Positions 37,701 to 48,644 of a DNA stretch of 64,000 nt are shown piece after piece. The position numbers and the translations under genes were made by a program. The notes beneath the pieces are model-generated. The model was not told the DNA's origin, did no database searches, and saw nothing but the letters and a program-made list of their open reading frames with translations. Within the stretch, counting starts at the first letter, position 1. Every line of letters starts with the position of its first letter. The DNA is from Acanthaster planci (lineage: Eukaryota): contig NW_019091361.1 in the NCBI RefSeq assembly GCF_001949145.1, positions 372,001 to 436,000 of the forward strand. Direction: 5' to 3'.

Positions 37701-40700
37701 TTACTCACGACCGAGACTGCATCTTATTTGGCGAATTTTTGTTTTCATGTCCTCTTGTGCAGGGCAATTGATCTTATCAGCGAGATCATTTACAAATTTG
37801 TTCACCTCTGGAGGTGGTATTTTACGATCTTTGGCGGACGAGGATATCCATCCTTGAAGGTTGCAAGGGACTTGGATGACACTGAACAAGGCATCAGAAC
37901 TCGGTAGACCCGACCTGATACTTGCGCGAGTAGCCTCATCAATGATTGATTCGGAGGCCGATTCAACTGATGTATCTCTTACTTGAAACTTCAAAGTCTC
38001 CACTTCCGTCGTAATATCCAGCGCGTTTCCCATTCGTTTCGCTTCAGCTTCTGCACCGGCAATACGCCTCCATTCCTTCTGCATCAACTCCGAGACTAAC
38101 TTGACTGTTTTAAATGCACACCGGAGATATTCGCAAGCTTCAATGTCACTGTGGTACTGCATTGGAACCTTTATTTTTGTATATATCGAAAGGATTCCAC
38201 AGAAAACAGCAAGAATAAAGAAGATAACCGCCGCAATACCCGACATGATAAATCCAGTTTCCTGTGAGGTAAAATACAGAGATCGATTATTTTTCCAATT
38301 TTATAGAAAACATGACGTGTTTTATTTTCAACACATATACAGGGAAGACTATAGTTATATTGATCAGTTGATCCACAATATTTTATCCTCGTGCATCAAT
38401 AAAAATCGTCTTCACCCCAGACTATCTTCTATACTTGACATCCTCAAAGAACTACAAAAATTGTACTAAATGTTGGGTGTTTCTCTTTCCCCTGATAAAG
38501 GTCTGGAATTGAGGGCCCTTTCAAACCTGTTGAAGAGTTAAACTTAATTGCATTCAATAACACTGCATTTCCCCGGCAATTTCTTTTCCAAGTTGTGGTT
38601 TATGTTTGAAGCAATGTTATTTTGGTTTCCCCAAATTCAAAGGAATTTTTTTATTCTAGTAAGAAAACACTCAGTTTGGATTACCTACGGAAACTTATGA
38701 AAGTCGCTGAATCGTCTAAACCACACCTACTGCGTCCGCTGCATGTGAAAATGGCTACGTAACACAAAGACTCGTCAGAGTTTGTTGGAAATCACGGGGA
38801 GGGATGGCATACGTAGGTGTCTTCTTATAATAGAATTGAATATCTTTGGGGGATTTTTGAAATTCTGTTACAGTTCATCGGTCATAAGAAGATGGTTTCG
38901 ACTGTCACCTGTAGTGTGATAGCAAACCGTGAACGGATGCGTGTATCACGTTGGAGAGCCCCCGTATAGCAGAGCGGTGGCGCGGTCATGGTTACCAGAA
39001 CGACATGGAAAATGGCACCGCGTCTTGGGGACCAAATACATTGTGAGCCTTCCCAAAATGTGGAGAATTCTTACGATGCGGTATGCAATAACGTTATATC
39101 TCATGGGGAACATCTTTTAAGACCTCATGGGAGACAAATTGCAAGGACAATCGCAGCTGAACTATCGATGGTCGTTAGGAAAATAGGACTACGTATAGGG
39201 CTGAGAATGTGACGACAAAGCTGGTACGTTGGGGCCAGATAGTAGTGACGACGTCGATGGTAGGGGCATCACCACCATCGACATCATTATTTTTATTTAT
39301 TATAAGTTTATTTGGCCATCGACAACAACATGTACAACATTAAAGAAACAAGGAACAGTCTCATGAAAATTCCACAAGACTAAGCATAAAGAAAACAACC
39401 CAATTCAAGCTGGCCAGGGTTGACAAAAGTGTATCTAAACACTGTGGCTCGAAAGCCTGTCAATCCAAACTTGAACTAGGAACGCAAGGTAATTTTTTAA
39501 ACAAAATGCAAAACAGAATTGGATTTTATTTTAAAAAGAATACAGTACCCAGTTGGTAAATTTAATACAAATAAATGCTGATAAATCAGTTTAAAACATG
39601 TTATGTTTTTACAAACGTCAGTGTTTACAAAAGTTGAGTGCCACACGCGCAATGCACACTAAACGTATCCCTGAAAAACAATCAGCCTTGAACGGGGCCA
39701 ACAGAAGGCGCGATTTTCTTAGAAAACTCTTTTGATGGATGAAAAATGTACTTTGCTGGTTTACAATCGGCAGTGAACTGCATGACTTTCGGTCGTATGG
39801 CTACTAAGACAATGAATACTCTCCCCAAGGCATGTGATGAGGGGGTGCTTTTGCCCTAGGCAAACAGGACGAGCCTTTGTGGTACACGACACATTTTGTA
39901 TGGTAGGCACGAAGGTGTGGCATGGGCGACTTTTCCAGTCAGGTTTATGTAAATTGAGGTTAATAGAGGTGAGTCATTTTCTATAATGAAATCGAGAGAA
40001 CACGAGTCACTAGGGCCTACTAACTAAAGTTCACCACCCAGTCTAAGTAGGTTTGATGAATTAGGATTTAATTCTTGACACTCGAATACAGGTAGTACTC
40101 ACCCAAATAATCGGAAGGGTAAATTCATCAGTACAGCCCAGGCGAAGGCACAACATCAGTAAAACGATACAAAAGCAAAAAAGACGAAAGAAGTGTTCAC
40201 CGATGTCCTATGAGGGAAAAAAGATTATCAAATGTTTACGATTTGTTGAGGGGTGCAGCATTTACGTCGTTAATTTTACTCCTTGGGCGAAGAAAAAGAG
40301 GAAATGAAGGTCTCAGAAACACCAGCACGATACTCAAATTGTCAATGAAGGGTATTCAAAGAAAATATCTTATGTGCTGTGACCACAATTCACAGGAGCG
40401 AAAAAAAAATCGGGGGAGGGGGGTTTCAGATCTTTTCATGTCACTGTCACTGACCATTTAAAATGATGACCCTTGCAGATTGTCATGTTGTAATTTTTTT
40501 ACCACGATGGTTGTTAATCATGTAGTTTTGTTATGTGTAAATTTCTACCAGAGCAGAGGGGGTTGACCCCTTCCAATCTGGGTCTACATACTGGCCTTTT
40601 CTGACTTGAAAGCAAAAAATCAGTGATACATTCGTTAGTGGATTGAGAAAACGATTTTTAGGGTATTTTGCTTATAAATGTTGACCACTTTGAGCAACTG

Positions 40701-43700
40701 TAAGAGTTATTCTAAGGATGCTCACCTTAAAGACCCAGATGACTGGTGCTGAGTTCATTTTGGCAGATGTTACGCGATCTTCATCATCCCCAACCTTATC
40801 ATCAACTTCATCACTTCCCCGTGAGTATGTCTTGAGCAGTGTACCAATACCAGTGAAAAGCAGGAGGACTGTGACCAATGCGTACATCAGGTACGAACGG
40901 ATATTTTCATATTTCTATTAGAAAAGATAAATACCTCGTTTAGAGCCTTGAGCACTCCTTGTTTGAACTAATTTAATATTTTTCACATGATTCAAAAGAA
41001 GCGTGACAAAAAAAGTGAAAGATGGTGCAGTCGGATTTTCTACTTGACATTAATATCGAAAAGCAATTTGTTTTGTAAAAAAAATCTGAGAACCTTAGAG
41101 AAGGAAGATCAGAACGATGGAAAACTTCCGATTGATTTGGGATACATACAACTTCAATACATTGATTAGATTGAAATAAAGACTTAACATACATCATAAC
41201 AATGGGAACGTATATGTATCACAGTGACGTTGTAGACGTGGACAGTAAGAACGTCTTTGAAGTCCGACTCAGCGTATGTGGAGCTCAGGAAGGCGAGAGT
41301 AGTGAGAAGAGTAACCATAGCAACAACGAGCATAACTGCAAACTGTTGGTGAAAAGAAACTGGTATGATATGTGGTGTTTATTTTCTTGAACATATCTTT
41401 CGATAAACACGCAATTACATTTCTGGCTTTTATCCCGAGGAGACAGACATGTATAAGTGCACTTACTGCCAGTATCGTGGACAATCAGCTCGTATCCCGT
41501 TTATTTTGCATGTACCTGCATAATGATCCTTACTGCTTGAATTCGTACCGATTTCACGCATGTTTCCTCATTTAAAAAAAAATTATCACATGTATTTGAG
41601 CGTTTCAAGGACATTTAGAATTCCATAAATACGTCAGGAGGGAGAAGAAACAAATATGCAAACAATAAAAAATCCAGTATTTGCTTCAAGAAATTTCGCT
41701 GACAGAAAAACTCGGGCATAAAAGTCTATGTCAGGACAAAATTCGCGCAGCCGTACGCCTACTCAAACGCGTACTAAGGCCGTGTCCGAAATCGGCTTCC
41801 AGAGCTACGGCTAGGTCTATTGTCTACGCGTCTCCACGCATTTCCAATGGAGTGAAGACCTAGACCTAGCTCTAGACAAGAGATTCGGAGTCTCAGAATG
41901 ACGTAACCTTTTTCAAATATTGAACTGGCTCAATATGCAATTCCTTTACAGTTGGTATTTTGTCAGAAAACAGGCCTTTGACTCAGTCTCTGTTTTTAAC
42001 GTCCCGTGTGCATGGGGGATCTGGGTGGGAGGGGGGAGATTGCATTTCCCCTCGCGGTGGGAGGCGTCTTTCCCTCTGATATTTTCCTTCACTACTGTAC
42101 ACATTTTCTTTCAAAGAATTTTGAGGCATTGAACAAGCTTATTAAAACATTGGATGGGTTGTTTGGACTCATGAGCAATTCAATAGTCGATGATGTTTAC
42201 GATTCATTATAAACCTACCTCTGCAAGTATTTTCTGTACTGTAGAACGTGTGTAATCACAAGCAACTCCACGAAGCATCTCTACAAGTGCCTTACGACGT
42301 CGAACATATTCGACTGCTGCTTGCTCTAAAGTGTTCAGATGCTGGTCAAGACACTGCACGCTTATGATCCTTTTAATGACAGCTGTCAGGGAAAAATCAT
42401 GACCAATTAACATCACCTGATAACTTCTCTCTGAAGGCAAAAGATTACAAAACTTACTCTCAAAAAATAGTGAGTTCCTTATAAATCCACTCCACGCAGA
42501 AAAATTTAAAACCACCGTAAAAAGAGAGAAAACTACTGGTTACTCCGTAAGAGTGAAAAATCACTCGAAAGAGGAGTTATATGAAGGACAACTCTTTTTC
42601 AAAGGACCCCTAAATGACTCTTTGGAAGAGTCCGTACGTACCGTATTTGATCCCGAGATTTAGGAAAAAATGGTCCATTCACTACTTCGGTCGGGCAAAA
42701 GTGTCACAGCAACAAAGTATATTAATCTCAATTCTTATTTTACAACCAGTTTTGATTGTCACCAAGGACTAAACTGTGCCCAAGCAATTCGTGTTCCGTA
42801 TTTCCGTATCTCACTTCGTCAGATTCACTATATACTTAATTATAGGCAGTCCACAAGATGCCTAACCTACAGTTACAAGTACATCAAAGATTCTTTGAAT
42901 TCTAACTTGTAATTGGTTGTTTAACCTCCAACCAACTTTGATTTTTCCCGAAACTATGTTGATGTAGCTCAGTTCACGTTTTTCTCACCTTGTCCAGTTA
43001 TCTTTCCAGACCTCCCAAAAAATTTGCAACCCATCTGGTAGTCGTTCTCAGATACTTTCACCGTTTCGATTGGTAAGTCTTTTTGCAGACATCGTTTCAG
43101 ATCTCCAGTTAAGTACATCTTCCAGAATCTTCTCAAACCCTCCAGACTTCTAAAACGCCAAGTCACTCTTACACATCCGTCCCCTACGCCTGTCGTCTTC
43201 GCGTCACATTCCTTTAATATGTCTTCCAACGACGTGATTCTTGGCTTATTTTCTCTCACCATATTTTTGATTTTTTCCTGAAGTTTCCGAGTTTCTTCTT
43301 CATTCATCATTCCGTCTTTTATTGCGTAAAGCTTGGCTGGCATATCTACAGCAAAGAATAGGTTTAAACATTGCAACGCGAAATTGTTTTGGGCCATTTC
43401 TAAAGAGCAAGTCATTTGTGTACAAATAATTTGAATGAAAAAACCAAATACCAAGTGTGCTCCATATGAAATTTCTATAATGTGTAAGTTTTAGTTAAAA
43501 TGTGTTGAGTTAGTAAAATGAACTTTGCACTACCTACACCCAGAGACTGATCGGCAAATTTTTGCACTCTAGTTATTGCATGTACATGCACTTGATCTTT
43601 AAATCCCAACTATGGATCCGATTATCTCGATGCGAAAATGTAAAATGTTGGCAATATTCAGAGCATGGATACAATATATCTGGACACAATTCACGTCTGT

Positions 43701-44098
43701 GGAACTGTGGGAAGTTGGTTCTCACCAAAATAGTACTTGTTGTCTCTACTGCATCCAAATGTAACAGGACTGTTGTTCAGAAAAAAATGGTTGTTGATGA
43801 TAATAGGTGGAGGAGTGGAAGAGTTAGTTTCCTTGGATTCCTGTTCCTTCTCTGAAGACGTGTCACTCCTTTGCCATCGTGATTTTCGTTGACCCTGCCT
43901 CTTCCGTCTTCTGACTGTATTATGGAGAAGATCCGTCTTTTGCCCTGAATAGTACGTTCATAGAAACTTGATTTTCAAAGAAAATGACAACAGTATATTC
44001 CAGTCATTTAAAAACACAGCTTGGTAAATTGTGGTGTCAAGTCAAAGATGCTAAAAAATCTCACCTGATTTTCTCTTTGACTTATACTCAGGATGCAT
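37701..44098 (-). CDS. Uncharacterised multidomain membrane protein: cRHIM-like motif + TRADD-N-like domain + apolipoprotein-L-like region, 7 coding exons, ~557 aa
   Basis: Exons 44098-44065 (exon starts at 44154), 43944-43726, 43345-42989, 42382-42219, 41342-41193, 40914-40726, 38261-37701. All are GT-AG with polypyrimidine tracts, phases 1,1,1,0,0,0, giving a 1674-nt open frame. A further in-phase upstream exon ends at 44671 (TATG|GTAAGC), so the true start could lie further upstream. The gene model is well supported; domain names are by-eye inference. Confidence 0.8.
39290..39720 (-). mobile_element. Degenerate 3' end of a CR1/L2-like LINE
   Basis: Minus-strand translation ALRVWHSTFVNTDVCKNITCFKLIY resembles the LWN...FK..K tail of L2/CR1 ORF2, followed by an A-rich tail (tttatttatt on +). 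Confidence 0.35.
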
Positions 44099-47000
44099 TG
44101 TGTACAAATTCAACTTCCGTCTCTCCTTCCAAATACTAATACACTTCACAAAATCTGAAGATGGAAACAACAAATTAGTCTTCTTTTTATATTTTACTTC
44201 TATTTTTTTAAATATAAACATCACGTTCCTCTAAACCTTTTAATCCCGTTTCACGATTTCACCACACGTGTAAGTATGGAATCATTCAGCAGTGCCATTC
44301 TGAGAACATGGTTTGTGGATGAAAGGTAACACTTTTGAACAGATGTGGACGGACTCTAACCCAGACCTCAATTGCACGTCATTCTCCCTAGTAGACCTAT
44401 TTCAAGCTATTTACATGTGTACATGTACATGGATCATGACCTTGAGCTGCGTGATCACAACCACAGATGAATTCAATTTGAATCAAGACTAGCTTTGAAT
44501 GATTTAAAAATCTGATCCTTACGAAGCCCACGAAAAGATTGCGGGAACAACGTTACAATTACCGAAACAGTGTGTTCGGTTTGGTCGAAGAGAAATGAAA
44601 CATACTCCCCTCCGTAGTTTACTCCGTAATTCTGCCTTTTTATTTATCAACGCCGAGAATCTGAGCTTACCATAAAGGTTATTGTCTTCACTGACCTCTT
44701 GTACAAATAGGTCCGTCAAGAAAATCTTCTCATCGCTCCAAACTCCAAAGAAAATACAATGTACATCCTCTTTACAGCCCTCGTTTCCGCAGCTTGAAAT
44801 TAACCACGGTCAACTTCAGCATCGAGTAGTCATGGTGGAACAATGTTACGGAAGTATATTGTTGCCACCAACATGAAAAAAATTGCAATTCGTATAAAGA
44901 ATATAAAATCCAAACGAGACTGACAAGTCTGTTCATGGGCAAGCTATTTGAACGGTATCGTGGGAAGTTGCTTAAGGGGATGTGGTACCCCCTTTCGTGA
45001 TAAACATAATTATTTGTAACACCGTATCGTTTAGCGTCCCCACCCCACTGGACGGCAAAATAAGGTCAATTTTAAAGAGTGGTGTGGGGTACAGGTTAAG
45101 CACACGGATGCGGTAATATGGGGGCTCACTAAAGGGAGCACTCGATGCGCTTAGTCACCGTTACCGAGGCGGACTATCACCAGATTTTTTCTTCTCTAAT
45201 ATCTGAGTGAGGATAATATACTGGGGGGGGGCTGTAACCTCATGCCCTCATCTTTATTAGTCACGTGGCTACTCTTAACAATGACACTTTGTGTCAAAAC
45301 ACATCCAGTCTGATTTATTTTGAAAAATGCTCGTCGTATGGATATTCCAACCTATCCGAACCCTCACCATTATAGGAATGTGAGATAATATAACTTGCGT
45401 TCTCCTGTCGTCTAGCGACAATTTTATTCCTCCCTATCCCCATTCAAATCAGCTGAGTAACACCTTTGCATTTAAACAATTTATCTAGGACGACTTTGTA
45501 TCTGGTTCAATCATAAAGGACATAATACCTTTATTTCTTAACGTTGGCAGAAATAGGGTTCCGTGGATGGTGTTCAGTTCCGGGGGAAAAACCTAATCTG
45601 TGCAATGCAGTTAGGGATATGTTGAAGTATGACCGACACAATAGGAGGGCGCTATTTGAAGTGTGCAAATTTGGCACTGGTGGATAGGACCCCGATTGTG
45701 TTTGTTTTTTTATATGTCCACAAAGTTTAGAGTAAACACAAAAGATTTTACCCAAACCAAAATGTGCCCTCCTATCCACCTTGAGCAGAAGCACTCCCTC
45801 ATCGGTTGGAAAGAGTCATTTGGGCTGGAGTGTCCATTTTCTCGGTAGTTATTCATCTGTAACGCGTGCATTTCATAGTCGTTTGTGAACTAGCAAGTCC
45901 TACCAAATAAAGGAGCCTGCGTTGCTAATGAAATTGCACCCTCTCTTGGCCCAGCTCGGGGCTCATTTTGTCAGCCATATCAGCTCAAACAGACTTATTC
46001 GTGTGGGCCTGTTTTTGAGCAGAGCCAGATTGCAATCAGTGATCTGACTTTTTTAAAATTCTGAACCCGCTAAGTGGATGGCACGAACCAGCCGCAGGAC
46101 GGCGCAATTATCAAGGAGGGCTTGTTTTATGATAAATTGACAATTCTTGAAGTATTTTATAATCCGGCAATATGTTATGGTCTTTCTGTAAACTGTAATA
46201 AAAATGTTAGTTTAAGTTATACATGATTTAGTAATACATGAGAAAGTAATAATTCCATATGTATTTTTTCCTACAGTAAAACAAGTTTTTCTGGTCATGG
46301 AAAGGAGAGTTTCTTCCTAAGCTGAAGTCAACTTTGTCTAAATCGGTTCCAGGCAAAACTTACGAACCCGCCGCAGGAAACAATTCTGCAAGATTTGACA
46401 ATTCGATAAAAACGTTGCTCCAAATCCTGCAGATAAGGACATCTTTCAACTGAAAATCGGTCAGAATCAAATTTGTAATAATTTTACGTCAAAATAATGG
46501 CGGACAAGTTAGCAACGCGCACGCGTGCAATGTAGATACTCTCTCAAGGCATCGGAGCAAGTCATTAGACGAATACGTCATCCACGGTTGAAAAAAACGT
46601 AGTTCCGAATGGTTGAGAGTATCTTTTGATATAACAAATAACCAAACATAATGTTGTCGGAAATATTACAACATAATGTTACGTACATGTATAGGCCTAC
46701 ACACAGAGTCTCTGTACGTGAGGCAGATTATGTAGTGTTATACCGCACACGATTTTGTGTGTGACCCGCGTTTGATCCTTGGCCACACTATAGTCCAGAA
46801 TATTTTTAAAAATCGTAATTTTTCCAATTAAATTTTTTCGTAATTTTCAATAGAAAATTGTCATTTTTCCTGTGTGCACGAGATCATCCTTTCTTAGTGT
46901 GATCCCCTTCCAGCAGGCCTATACGTAGTATAAACTACATGTACATCGTTAGTGTCTCGGAGCCAACCTGTGCATTTGTAAAAACACCGGTCTACTGATG

Positions 47001-48644
47001 TTCAATCTACATGTGTAAAATGAAGTGGTCTGTGCGCGATCTGCGCTCCAGCTCGAGATGACGACATTTACCGGGAGATTGGAGGACTTGTTGAAGCAAA
47101 GGATTTTGATTCTCAAGGCCAAGACTTTAACCACCAAGCCTGTAATGTAAACTTAAAAAATATACCTTTTTGTCTCAGTTAACCTTACTTCCAACTATTG
47201 TTTCACTATCATGATTTTAAACGGTGTGTGAGAAAGATAATTAATATATCCACATATTGATGCACGCAACATTCAAGAAACCTCCAGATACCTTTTTATT
47301 GAAAACAGTGCCCTGGACTGACAAACACAATTGTTTTATTAACCCGACAACCGCACTTTTTCCAATAGTGATGGTACAACAGTAGAATTTCCTGTTAGTA
47401 TACAGAGAAAAACTGACACTAGAACGTGCTGTCCTAGAACAACTTCTGTAATGCCAATTATCAATGGAATCTAATGTTATTTAACAGATTTTTTTTCCTA
47501 GTGTGCATACAACCTCTATATCGTGGCGCATAGTCCATTCGGTAACTCGCGTTATATTTAATTTTGATCTGACTGAAACATAATATCGTCATTTTTATAA
47601 AGTTATTCCGTGCCTCACTGGCCATAAGTTTAATATCGGTATTTACAAAAATGCCACGGCCAGAAACCATCCATTATTTAGTCAAGTTTGTCCCTATGCG
47701 AACTCCAATAGGACACTGCCAAAATGTACCGGCCATTTCTCAAACGTTTCTAAAAATCAATTACAAGTACTTTCCATATTTGCTTAGTTGCTTATTGACG
47801 CAACCTTACAACACCCTCTTTGGAGTGGCCGTAAAACTCTGCAAGAACGTTTGTGAAAGCAAAGCATGTCACTTAACAAACCCAAGAGTAGTAATTTGGA
47901 TTTTTACTCATAACCAGTATATGGCGGGAGGAGTGTTTGTGAACAATAATGGAAAATGGAGGTGGGTGGTTTGCAACTATCCCAACCAAATCTCAAAATA
48001 CTGAGCAAACTTCCCTCCCCATCTCCGGTCAATATTGTGTCTCATGGGCCATAGTCTGTGCAACCTGGGTAGGGTGTGGCTATTGACACGTTTCCCAACA
48101 ATTTTGGCCAGGAATTTAGTACCCCTGTGTTTGTGACTACGGAGGGCTGATCAAGTAATGGGTCATCATCCATCCAAAACATTTATTTATTGTTACAGAT
48201 ATTTGTTAAAAAAGTCGTTTCTTTTGCCTGTTCATATTTAACCGTTTAAGTCTTGCTTGGCGAATTCACCATTCAGCTTTTTATTCACCTTTGGAAAACA
48301 ATAGTTACCTGCTGTTTTTTATTGAAAGTGAGGTAGCAATATCTGACTTGTGTTACTTAAACAACAAGTCGATATTCAAGCTAGCATCCAAGATGACGCA
48401 AATATACCCTTCCATTCATACTTGAAGCACGAACCACATTGGTTAATTGAAACATTAGAGTAATATTTAGAACGGAAATCATTTATAAATGTGGCTTCAA
48501 TTTTAGAAAAAAAAATAGAAAGCTTAATGACCGACAGCTTTTCCCCCTTCCCCTTTCCCATGTTTATTTTTTGTTTATTTCCGCGCCCACTGCTGGTAGT
48601 TGAACACCCAACATCCAACTTGTGTTGGCCACTCATTATCCCTT

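Noticed and set aside
39245..39300. Hairpin gtcgatggt...accatcgac followed by a T-rich run, like a rho-independent terminator
   Set aside because: It lies in a eukaryotic intron, and the T-rich run is more simply the reversed A-rich tail of a LINE fragment.
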